Part shown: piece by piece, positions 33,201 to 46,026 of the stretch
Layout: every line of letters starts with the position of its first letter
Numbering within the stretch: the first letter of the stretch is position 1
Origin: Balanoglossus misakiensis
Taxonomy: Eukaryota > Animalia > Hemichordata
Assembly (NCBI GenBank): GCA_040954595.2
Contig: CM082588.2
Coordinates: 7,341,947 to 7,405,946, forward strand
Direction: 5' to 3'
Length of the DNA: 64,000 nucleotides
Program-made: the position numbers and the translations under genes
Notes under the pieces: generated by a model
The model's input: only the letters and a program-made list of their open reading frames with translations
What the model was told of the DNA's origin: nothing
The model's database searches: none

Positions 33201-36200
33201 ATATCTCAGCATCCAGAGCAGGTACAGCTCAGGTGTTTGGGTGGATGGGACCAAAATAAGAAGCCAAATTTAAGGCTCACCTGTGACACCTGCTCAACTC
33301 ATTAATTATGTGCATACCTAATTCCAGGCAAACCAATAGGGCTACAGGTCTGGTTTTTGTCGGACATGGACCAGTATGGGGTCAAATTTTTTCCCCAAAT
33401 TTTGGGTGACCTTGGGTGACCTTTGACCTACTTTCGCATATCTCAGCATCCAGAGCAGGTACAGCTCAGGTGTTTGGGTGGATGGGACCAAAATAAGAAG
33501 CCAAATTTAAGGCTCATCTGTGACACCTGCTCAACTCATTAATTATGTGCATACCTAATTCCAGGCAAACCAATAGGCTACAGGTCTGGTTTTTGTCGGA
33601 CATGGACCAGTATGGGGTCAAATTTTTTCCCCAAATTTTGGGTGACCTTGGGTGACCTTTGACCTACTTTCGCATATCTCAGCATCCAGAGCAGGTACAG
33701 CTCAGGTGTTTGGGTGGATGGGACCAAAATAAGAAGCCAAATTTAAGGCTCACCTGTGACACATGCTTAACTCATTAACTATGTGCATACCTAATTCCAG
33801 GCAAACCAATAGGGCTACAGGTCTGGTTTTTGTCAGACATGGACCAGTATGGGGACAATTTTTTTTCCCAAACTTTGGATGTCCTTGGGTGACCTTTGAC
33901 CTACTTTCACATATCTCGGCATCCAGAGCAGGTACAGCTTAGGTGTTTGGGTGGACGGGACCAAAATAAGAAGCCAAATTTTAGAGTCACCTGTGACACC
34001 TGCCTAACTCATTAATTATGTGCATACCTAATTCCAGGCAAACCAGTAGGGCTACAGATCTGGTTTTTGTTTGACATGGACCAGTATAGCGTAAACATTT
34101 TCTGCTCATATTAAGCGTGACCTCACGTGACCTTTGACCTACTTTTCCACATCTCAGCATCCACAGCACATACACCCTTGGCATTTGGAGTGATAGAACA
34201 ACTAATGCAGTAATTAAATATGCACAAATCTATCTCCAGGCGAACCAATAGGGCTAGTAGTGTCTCGAAACCCGCTTATTGCTGTTCACAGCTATATTTT
34301 TTTATTATTAGGGCCCAAGCGCATGCAGCGCTTGGGCCCTATTGGTATTATCCTGGTTTTTCTTCTTTTTTTTCTTGTGTAGTTTTTTCGGCCAATAGGA
34401 TCTTGAAAACGGCTGAACCTTCAAATTTCAAACTTGGCAAAATGGTGCAGGCCTATGAGAGCTGGTGCAGTACCCTTGTGAATGTTTAATTAGTCATGTG
34501 ACCTGTTGACCATATATGGGGAAAGTTTTCAAATGGGCCTAATTTGCATATGAATGGAGATATCAAAATTCTGTTAGGATACTTTGTGGACCATGTGGTC
34601 AGTGTCCAACATACCAAATATCAAGGCCGTGGGCCAAGTCTATTTTGAGAAGAAGACTTTTAAATATTATTAGTTTTTCATATTTTCGGACTAAGCCAAG
34701 GGCCTATACTGTATAGTTAAGCTATGACGCTATGTCCACGTCTGTGCAATGGTCCTGTACAGTGACTGTCTATTGGCCTGTAAGCAGAATGGGACCAAAA
34801 TAAAAGGCAAAATTTTTGGCTCACCTGTAACACCTGCTTAACTCATTAATTATGTGCATACCTAATTTTGGGCTAACTATTAGGGCTAGAGGTTTTGTTC
34901 TTGTGGAACATGGATCAGTATGGGGTCAAAAAAATTCGCCAAAATTTTGGGTGACCTCAGGTGACCTTTGACCTACTTTCCTATATCTCTGCATTCAGAG
35001 TAGGTACAGACTTGGCGTTTGGATGGTTGGGACTAAAATTGAAAAGCAAAAATTGGGGGTCACCTGTGGCACCTGCTTATCTCATTAATTATGTGCATAC
35101 CTAATTTTCGGCTAACTATTAGGGCTAGAGGTTTTGTTCTTGTGGAACATGGACAAGTATGGGGTCAAAAAAAGTTTGCCCAAATTTTGGGTGACCTCAA
35201 GTGACCTTTGACCTACTTTCCTATATCTCTGCATTCAGAGCAGGTACAGACTTGGCGTTTGGAGGGTTGGGACTAAAATTGAAAAGCCAAAATTGGGGGT
35301 CACCTATGACACCTGCTTATCTCATTAATTATGTGCATACCTAATTCAGGGATAACTAATAGGGCTACAGGTTTTGTTCTTATTGGACATGGACCAGTAT
35401 AGGGTCAAAATTTCTTGCCCAAATTTTGGGTGACCTCAGGTGACCTTTGACCTACTTAACCATATCTCAGCATCCAGAGCAAGTACAGCCTTGGCGTTTG
35501 GAGGGATGGGTTGAAAATGAAAAGTGAAATTATTAAGTCACCTGTAACACCTGGTGAACTCATTAATTATGTGCATACCTTATTCCAGACTAACCAATAG
35601 GGTTAGAGGTTTGATTTTTGTTGAACATGGACCAGTATGGGGTCAAAATTTCTTGCCCAACTTTTGGGTGATGACATATGACCTTTGACCTTCGGCTTAA
35701 GCTTGGGCCCGTCATCGCTGCTTGCAGCTATATTTATTATTATTATTCTTCTTCCCACTTTTAAAAACAGCCGCTATTCGAAGACCGTTGCACCCAATGA
35801 CTTGAAATTTGGCTCATAGGTAAAACTCAAAGCAAGTAATTTTTTGATCATGTCACTATGGCAACAGGTCACATGACCTGGCAGCCATCTTGGATTTAAA
35901 CTTTTAAATTGGTCTAATTTGCATAAAAAATGAAGAATCCAAATTCTGTTCAGAAACTTTGTGGACCATATGGCCAGGGTCCTATATGCCAAATTTCAAT
36001 GTCTAAGTCCTTGCCGATTTTGAGGAGATGATTTTTAAAGCATTATTTTTCATATTTTCCATGACCATTGGACCCAGCCATTGGCCTATACTTTCCATGG
36101 TTAAGCAATGGCCCCCTAGGATTTTAGATTTATGCCCAATATCTCAACATCCGCTGGGCTGATCAGCTTCAAATTTTGTGTGCAGCTAGCCTACCTTCCG

Positions 36201-37647
36201 ACAATCAGTTCCAACTGGAAAAAATAATATGGAAAATCGACCGATTTTTTTATATTAATTTTTTTATGAAATCTATACCTATACTTATTCCACTATACTT
36301 AAGCTATGGCCACATAGTTTTGTAGAATTCTGGTCGGTGCAATAGTCTGCAGCATAGAACCAAAATAAGAAGCCAAATTTAAGGCTCACCTGTGACACCT
36401 GCTCAACTCATTAATTATGTGCATACCTAATTCCAGGCAAACCAATAGGGCTACAGGTCTGGTATTTGTCGGACATGGACCAGTATGGGGTCAAATTTTT
36501 TCCCCAAATTTTGGGTGACCTTGGGTGACCTTTGACCTACTTTCGCATATCTCAGCATCCAGAGCAGGTACAGCTCAGGTGTTTGGGTGGATGGGACCAA
36601 AATAAGAAGCCAAATTTAAGGCTCACCTGTGACACCTGCTCAACTCATTAATTATGTGCATACCTAATTCCAGGCAAACCAATAGGGCTACAGGTCTGGT
36701 TTTTGTCAGACATGGACCAGTATGGGGTCAAATTTTTTCCCCAAATTTTGGGTGACCTTGGGTGACCTTTGACCTACTTTCGCATATCTCAGCATCCAGA
36801 GCAGGTACAGCTCAGGTGTTTGGGTGGATGGGACCAAAATAAGAAGCCAAATTTAAGGCTCACCTGTGACACCTGCTTAACTCATTAACTATGTGCATAC
36901 CTAATTCCAGGCAAACCAATAGGGCTACAGGTCTGGTTTTTGTCGGACATGGACCAGTATGGGGTCAAATTTTCCCCCCAAATTTTGGGTGACCTTGGGT
37001 GACCTTTGACCTACTTTCGCATACCTCAGCATCCAGAGCAGGTACAGCTTAGGTGTTTGGGTGGATGGGACCAAAATAAGAAGCCAAATTTAAGGCTCAC
37101 CTGTGACACCTGCTTAACTCATTTACTATGTGCATACCTAATTCCAGGCAAACCAATAGGGCTACAGGTCTGGTTTTTGTCGGACATGGACCAGTATGGG
37201 GACAATTTTTTTTCCCAAACTTTGGATGTCCTTGGGTGACCTTTGACCTACTTTCACATATCTCGGCATCCAGAGCAGGTACAGCTTAGGTGTTTGGGTG
37301 GATGGGACCAAAATAAGAAGCCAAATTTTAGAGTCACCTGTGACACCTGCCTAACTCATTAATTATGTGCATACCTAATTCCAGGCAAACCAGTAGGGCT
37401 ACAGGTCTGGTTTTTGTTTGACATGGACCAGTATAGCGTAAACATTTTCTGCTCATATTAAGCGTGACCTCACGTGACCTTTGACCTACTTTTCCACATC
37501 TCAGCATCCACAGCACATACACCCTTGGCATTTGGAGTGATAGAACAACTAATGCAGTAATTAAATATGCACAAATCTATCTCCAGGCGAACCAATAGGG
37601 CTAGTAGTGTCTCGAAACCCGCTTATTGCTGTTCACAGCTATATTTA
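30299..37647 (+). mobile_element. Head-to-tail array of non-autonomous Helentron/HINE-like elements with an internal ~237-bp satellite
   Basis: Type-A units ~30418-32380, ~32381-34300, ~35734-37647 and a type-B unit ~34308-35733. 5' palindrome gggtttcgagac..gtctcgaaaccc (three times at 30300-30450), (TTA)n tracts, five 237-bp repeats per A unit, 3' subterminal IR gtctcgaaaccc plus stem-loop gctgttcacagc then tatattt. Unit B has gggcccaagc/gcttgggccc and ~240-bp related repeats. Confidence 0.75.
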
Positions 37648-38744
37648 AGGTTTTAGTTATTTTGTAATATCGTAATGTTCTTGTTTTTAAAATATATTTT
37701 ATATCAATGAATTTTTAAAACAAAAATAGAGAGAAATTGGGAGTTCCTATGCAACATTTTTTAAATAAGATGGTCTAAAACCTTGTGGACAATGCTGAGT
37801 CAGCACTTTTCTTGCACTCCTCCATGCTACTGTTTTTTATGGTGAAAATATGTGGACTGGCACAGCGAGTCACTTCTGTACCGTCCACACAAAAAGTGTG
37901 AAGATGGCATGGAAGTCGGTTATTATTATTGTCTCGAAAATTGACGAAAATTAAAAGTTTCGATCGTTTCATCTTGATTTTATTTAGATTGACGCAACAG
38001 TCATAAGCAACCCGCCGACAGTCTGTTTCATTAGTATGCAAATGAGGTCATCTTGGGTCAGTTATTCAGTGTCGCCAGCGAGAGATTGCATCTGCAATTC
38101 TAGAAAACTGGCGATAACGAGTAATTTTCGTTGTTTTAAGGTCGACAACTAAATATGTTATTCTACTGAAGAAAGTTGGTAGGATGAAGCATATAACAAA
38201 CCAAATGATGATATAATCACCGCGTTTCACTGGTCATAATGCACCGCTCTAGCATTCATGGTGTTCAATGTTTACAAGTAGAAAGTAGTTCCATGTTATT
38301 GTTATTTGCATATGTACTCATGAAAATACCGGTGACGTGTTTACAACGCACAGTACTGCGATGTATCAATGCAGTTTTTTAGTATCAATTGGTCGTGATA
38401 GAAACGCGAATTCAAAAAAAAAGAAAAGTCTTCACTTTAACACTCTTTCAGCAGGGACTATTTTATCTCTTATTCATATCACGTGGAGAAAATGCCAGTT
38501 TTATTTTGCTGGCAACAGCGACTTAAACGGCATTACACATGCAACACATATTCTTACCAAATGGGTTGACAAAATTATTAATAGTAGAATTTAAGACAAA
38601 TGAACACGCGACTTATAAAGTGCCATGTTATAATATATCAAGACCTCAAAATAGTGACCTGCGACCTTTCCTATTCATTTACCATATTTAAGAAAAGCTG
38701 GGTTTTAAATGTCTCGTGTATCAACACGTATGTCCATTACAATA

Positions 38745-38932
38745 TACACATGATGACAGACAATGAGAGCAACAGTGTATTTTGATGACCGAGGGCACTG
38801 CTAGTCACAACTAAAACAGTCTTTTTTTCCCGAGAGCATAGCCCGAGGGAAAACAGACTGTTTTGGTGTGACTGGCAGTCCTGAGGTCATCAAAAATACA
38901 CTGTTGCCCGAATATGTCAGTCATCATGTGTT
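38745..38932. mobile_element. Fold-back (palindromic) element
   Basis: acacatgatgac..gcaacagtgtattttgatgacc..aaacagtc / gactgtttt..ggtcatcaaaaatacactgttgc..gtcatcatgtgt, symmetric about ~38838. Confidence 0.65.
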
Positions 38933-39283
38933 TTGTAACACACCAAACACGGAATTATATCAAGACGGGGCAACAATACCGGGCAGAAACCGATCGAACT
39001 GATGCCCTAGAGAACAGTTCGAAATGACTAAGGTCACGTGATGGCATTTTGACGAATCACGATCGAGGGTTCACTGCATGGTGTGTTATATTCCACTGTT
39101 TCGGCGAATCCGAAATATTACCACTCACTCGGAGCTTTGTGAGACAGACAGTCCACCGAGTAGCAGGCCAACGAGTCTGCAGCAATAATGATTGTACCTT
39201 CCATAGCATTCCTCTTTCTATGAGCCGTGGAAATATTCCCCGATAACTCTATAAACACGAACATATTTTATTCTCAATTAGAA

Positions 39284-42200
39284 ATGGCAAAGGTGAAGAA
39301 TCGTTTGTTGGTTGTCGGAGAGGAGTGGTGGCCGAGAAGTCGCAATATTGCAACATGTCTTACTGAGAGACAATTGGCCATCGATCATGCTGATGGAAAC
39401 AACCAGGTTTACTTCATGGCGTTACAGGCTTCTGACAAAGAAGTTGAAGAAGCAAGGCGTCATGGAGTGGAGCTGATTCTCCCAATCAAAGAGGGGAACC
39501 CGACAAGTGATTGGTTAATTTTACACGAACACTATTTTCAACAGTTAAAGAAATATTACCCAATAACGACCATATACGGTACTGCTTGTAAGGATGGAAC
39601 TGCCAGTACAGCAAGGAGTATTCAAGCGAATGTTTTCCCATCTGCGGACTTCGTTCCTGTCTATTCTGACACACCAGGAAACATGAACCTAGATCCTTCA
39701 GACTTGGCTGCTAAAGATGATGAAATGCTGGAATATGCAGAGACGTCCTCTGTCATTTTATCCGTTGGACCAACAGTACATGAGGAGTTGAAGATGAAGA
39801 TTCGAGCTCTGCTAGACTCACAAGTGGAAAATGTTCTGTACATCCCTTGGATGAAGAAAGATGTAGACGAGATTTCGCTCAAGAAAAGAGACTTAAAGAC
39901 TGTTGAAGTCTTATCTGTGCACACGATATCAGACCTACAGGATCTGGAGGAATTCGAAGCAGCAGCTCGAGGCATGGGGAAACTTGCTTACGCGTACAGT
40001 TATATTCCCAGAGACACAAAGTGGAAGTTCAAAGGATTTATAGCGTCAGATCCTGCGCAATGCAAAACGTGTAAGCAGAAGCTAGAGACAATGGCTGAGT
40101 CAGATCAGTTAATTGTCAATCTATACCCAAACGACACACCAATAAACCAGTTAAAGAAAGACTTGAGGCAGTGTGACATCCTTGTAAACTTCACAACTAA
40201 AGGCGACCCATTTGGTGTGATTGGTCTTCTATCCTGCGCTGCTGGTGTGCCCACTGTACAGCCAAGGCAATCAGGTCTTGCAAACTTCACAAAAGAACAC
40301 TTCCCCTTACTCGGTGTACCATACTGTGACGTGGGACCAAACGAAAATGTCAAGAGCGGAAGTGAAAAGTGGGCACGTGCTGTCAATGGTATCATAAGTG
40401 ATTATGACCGTGCAAAGAATGCGGCACAAGAACTGAAGACGGCACTTCAAATATCTGCTGAGAGTGGTGTTATTGCTGACCACCACAAGAAGCTTTTGAA
40501 AAGTGTACGTTGTCCTACAGAATGTGATGACCCTGCTGAAGAGCCTTCCAAAGGTAAGTGGTGATACATGAAAGAGACGATTAAGTACATGTTTTTATAG
40601 AAACATTATTCGATCCTTTTAACGAAACATAGTAAATCGCCATATTAGACATATTTTCCAATTTAAAAATTAACCGATGCAGCGTAGTGATAAAAGCATT
40701 TCAATACACAAGAGCTATTAAAAGTTTTACCAAAATCAATTTGCGCTTGAAGTGTTTATGTAGATTAAATGGAAAGGTAATGGTAAATTCTAATACGTAA
40801 TTTCACACCTGTCACTAGGGGAAAAGAAAACATTTCCTTATAAAGGACAACAAGCTTTGAATTCCGGTAGCAGCCAAACCGAAAAGCAAGTCCAAGATGT
40901 CCCTAGCAACAACGGGTCCAAAAATGGTGATCTGAATAATGGTGAAGGTGGCCAGCAAAATCCTGACAGTGGACAGACGCATGAAGTTCAACACTCAGTC
41001 AACTCGAATCTGGGTAAGGGTGCTGATTGGGTACATTTGTACGCCTAGTGAAAATTACTCGTCTGTCCTTATAAAACAATATTCATACAATATTCAAACT
41101 GAAAACCAAATGAAATGGTTCTCGTGGCCCCAGCACAGAAGATAATGCACGGAACTATAGTTGCTCACATTCACTCGTCCCTGTATACTACTTATTGTAT
41201 CGTTCGTCATATAATTTGATGATGCATTTGCCAATATATGATGTAGAATACAGTTGTGTAATGAAACAAAATGAGGTTTGAATTAAGAACATATTTGTAC
41301 TCGAGGATGTCTCTCTTCATGTTGAGCAATGGAAACGTTCGTTTATGCGTTTGTTTGTTTGTTTGTTTGTTTGTTTGTTTGTTTGTTTGTTTGTATTGTC
41401 TGTCTGGTGTATGTGTTTGTGTTTAGATCAAGTGAATAGGGACTCGCTTAATTCTTATCTGGGCAATTAAAACATCCATTGCGGATGTGGATTTTGTCTT
41501 TGAAATTTTGTGATAGGTCTTGCTTCGAATCCTGTAAAACACATGTTAAAATACAATGTACTCATTGTATGTTATTTAATTTCAGGGGAAATCGTAGTCA
41601 AGCTTAAGGTGTCCGGTCCAACCTTGACTCCAGACCAGGTTGAACTCATCGAAAATGAGATAGTCAACAACAGCAACTCTGAAAACGATTTACCAAAAGT
41701 CAAAGAGCATCTCAACAGTGTTGGAAACATACAAATTGAAGAAATCAAGCGGGGCAGTCTGAATGTTGTATTGGTATGCCAGACATCAAAGTCAGTGGAG
41801 AGACTATGGCGTGACTACAGGCAAGGGATCCTGGGAGATCTGTTTAAGGCAGACATGATCACACCCGAATTGCTCCACAAACTCAATGTATCTGACGTTA
41901 ACCTGAAGACAACCATAGAGACATGGAGATATCAACTATGTCTGGCAGAATTGAAGTACTTCAAGGAAGGCAAGTCTAATAGTTTAACAATTTAGTTATT
42001 GTTGCCGAATATTGTGTATTCGTTTGAATTGAAGGATTTTACCTGAAACCTTTGGTATATTTCCATTTCCAGACTCGTGTCTGTGATGTGTCTTTGTCAA
42101 ACTTTTCAATTGTACACTCACGTTCTTATGGATCAATGTTAACATTGCAAATGCGTTCAACGATATATGTCATGACGATTTCGTCACTTTAATTATTATA

Positions 42201-45200
42201 GGCTATGTACCGGAAGTGAAATCTTCTGAGGTCTGTGGTTTGTGTGGAGAAAAGTGTACAGAACTTGGAGAGATGTTGACTAAACAAGGTAATTACTATT
42301 TATGGATGACAACATAGGGCAAGAATTATTTTTCAAGTTGAGTTTTTCTGTGACTGCTTTTGTTTCTAGCTGGCAGGCCATGAGTTTGAAGATTTTTTTC
42401 ATAGGCACTTAAGAATTCAACCAGAAGAAAAATACGGTTGAAAAATACTCTTTTATGAGAATACATATCATTTATTGAGCCTTTCTCTGCATCATTTGTG
42501 AATGTAGATGAGAAGAGCGCGGTGGTTGCCGTGGAGACTGACAGGTCTGTCTATGCCACACGCCAAAACAGAATCGGTTTATCAAAACTACTTGGTGGTT
42601 CCGGCACTTTGGAAGCTGAGATAGATGTTGATGTGGGAGACACACAGACACCAATCGTATTGTTGATAAAAATACAGCGCCCTCTACAGTTGTCTTCGTT
42701 GTTGGATGAACGGCCAGAAGTTCTTGGTGTCCTTGGAATCAGACGGTGTTTGATTTTGGATAGCCAACAGTTGTCTTCGATTACCTTACCAGAGGGAGAG
42801 ACATTCAGATATGATAGAGAAGGTTAGTGTTCACAAACATTCCTTTTAACAGAAAAATCGTAGTGCAGGGAGTTTGGTCAAACAATACTCTATTCAACTA
42901 CATTGTAATCAAAACAAATAAGCTTGCTGCTGTAATTGTTCTAAAGGGGTTTGATTTTAAAGGTAGGTCTGTACTATTCTCCCATTGATTTGCACATCGA
43001 ACATAAAGTAAAATAGATAGAGCCTATTTATTTGCATTCCACGACCTCCGACCCAATTGTAAAGGGGGTTACATCGTATCGATCATATATAACATTTTGC
43101 TAACAATGTTGAATCACATTTTCATCAGAACTGAAGAGACTTGTCAATCAAGATGGCGTCAACATCTTGAACACTGGCACCAAAGAATCGGACAAGTTTC
43201 TGGCGGAATCTATTTCAAAAGAAGGAGCTGCTCGTGTTTTGGAACCAATCTCGACAGACAACTATCTCTCTGTCATCACTTCGCTCTTTAACGAAATCAA
43301 GGAGATTAGACAACTACTTCAATCCAAGAAGATGGAATATACGATCCTTAAGGGGAAAAGTGAAGAAAGTGAGCAGTCACGTGAGCTTATGATCGAAATG
43401 CTGGAAAGCAGTGAAACTCAAAGTTCCAAACTACTCACGACAAACACCAAGCTGAAAGACAACATCCGACAGTTACGTCAGACTATCGATGAACTTCAGG
43501 AAACGAAAACTCCAACTGCGCCACCTGTAGACAAAAACATCGAAGGTAATGCAGTCATCTGCAACATATCCATCCATCCGTTGTATCATCTCCTCCAAAT
43601 AAAAAAAATGTGCTCCCAACAAGTTCAATTATAGGCCGTATTTATTTTCTATTACAATCTTGTGTCCAGGAACAAAAGCGAATTTCAGGGTTCGGTCTGA
43701 AAACCTTCCGTTTCACTTTGTTTTTTCCCCTTTTTCCTGTAAGTGACATTCCTTGCAAAATGATTATACTTAACATGGTCCGGCATATCTATTTTACAAC
43801 TAAATTTTTAGTTTGCGTCACTTTCAACTGTTTTTCCCAAGGGAATATCGTTTCAATAAACTCGATCAATATTGACGCCAGATATTTTGGTTGTTTTAGT
43901 TTCTTTTGGGAGACACTTTACGCTCTGGCGCTTACTAATATTTCATTCACCGGTAACCGTTGAAATAACTTAACTCTCTCCCAGAATGTTGGAATACCAT
44001 AATAAACAAAAACTTTTTTCAATGGAGCAATCTCAATTTAAAATTAAAATCATGAAATCAGTTTATAACCCAAATTGTTTTTACTATTCAATAGAATTTT
44101 CGTTTACACACAAAACGGAATTGAAGCATACAGCAAAGTCCTATGAAGAAATACTGCAGAGGTTTCCCTGCCACTTTACCTGGAAACTCGAAGAATTTTG
44201 TGACTGGAGTTTTGAGGTGAGGACATTTATTTGCGTATTTGAAGTACAGGTTAATGAAATTTAAAAGCGTTTCATAACAGCGGCATCTGACTTGATGGAA
44301 TTTCACAAAAAAGACACGGAAATGTTTGTATATGTCGAACTCCTATTCCACTCAGATGTTAATAATGACAGAAACTGTAACATAAAATGCAACATGCTGA
44401 ATATCCAGTTTTCGCATCATTTTGAGATGAGATGAGACCACCCTAGAGTTCTCTTCATCAATCAAATCTTCATATTTCATTCCAATCATGCGTCTGATGT
44501 TTTCACACACAGGTATTTTATTAATTGGAAGGTGGCTATAAACGATAAATCAGTGGCTTACACGATCTCCCGATTTCGCGTCATACGACAAGTTCAAGCC
44601 TATGCCCCACTGACACATAAAGAGATTTCTTTATCTGTTTATGTGTCAGTGGGGTATAGGCCCGAACATAGTGCGAGCGCTCATATGACGTGAAATCGGG
44701 AGATCTTATCGTTTTTAGCTACCTTAATTACAATCAATAAAATACCAACATAGCATCTGTACAAGCACGTGTGTTTTCACATGACACTGTAACACGATTT
44801 TCCATGTACTGTAGTTCTTACAGTGTTATGCGGACAACCACCTTAAACATCACAACCAGGCGTTCTCTCCAGTTCCCCATAAAGCTATCAAAGGTTACCT
44901 GTACGTGTCCAAACTGAGATCAGAAGACAAGAGAGATCCAAGCGCCGCTTTGAAGTGGTTTGATGACGCCCTCACCGACAACCAGAAAGAACTTGACAGC
45001 TGTGATGGTGACGACGATGGTCCACTTGGTGATAAGTTGGTTCTTCTTGCAGATAAAGCATGGGTTCATTTCATGTCGGGTGAGATGGACAGAGTTGATG
45101 AAACGCTTAAGTTGATAGCAACTTTGTCACTTGATAAATTGTCAGGGAAACAGAAAGCGTATGTATATGCTCACAAGGGTGTCTCTCTTGCTTATTTTGT

Positions 45201-46026
45201 CAAGAAAACGTGTGATGAGGGAGTTGATAGCTTTGATCGTGCTTTAGTAGAACTTCCAGAACAAACAGATTGGCTGTTTTGGCAAGCATTATCTCTTTCA
45301 CAAAAACGTGATCGTGTCTATGGAAGTTCAAAATGTAAGGAAGCTTTACAAATAATGGCAAAAGAAAGAAATTTGCTTGAGAGAGTTCTTAAGAAAAATA
45401 CCCATCACAGCTATGCTTTGGCACTTTTAAGTTACCTGTCAGTCAATGAAGGTCGCTATGAAGAAGCAGGTCAACTCATTCAGAAAGCACTCGAATTAAC
45501 CCCTTTATCCAATTTCGTGGTGCCTTATGCACGTCATTATTACTGCCACAGCAATGTTGGAGACTTCGAAAAAGCACTGCGAGTTGTTCACATTGCTGCA
45601 GCACAAGATCCAGACAATCCATTTTTCGCATGTTACCTAGGAGTCACATACGCGACCAAATACGAACACAATCCGATAGAAAGCAATCGTCAGTGCCTGC
45701 AAAAAGCCATAGAGTGTTTCGACAAAGCAGTTGCATATGCAGGTGGTTTGTATCCCATTGCTTCTCTCTGGAAGGCCGTTGCCCTCACAAACTTGAAACA
45801 GTACAGTGATGCATGTGAAATATATACCCATCTAATCAGCACCCTCTCTGACCCATATCGCATACTAAATGCATGTTATAATCTTGCCGACACTTACCGA
45901 GCACAAAATGACTCTGCCAATGTACTAAAATACCTAAACATAACAGAAGCCTGTGGTCTGGAGTATTCCTTGGGCAAGTGTGCACATAAGGACAAAGCAA
46001 GGTTATCTGTACAGAAAAAAAAATAA
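39284..46026 (+). CDS. Copy 3: GT4-like / TRADD-N-like / coiled-coil / IFIT-like TPR multidomain protein (~1333 aa)
   Basis: Exons 39284-40553, 40819-41013, 41586-41969 (GC donor), 42202-42288, 42508-42822, 43129-43545, 44095-44216, 44815-46026; in frame. Confidence 0.85.
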
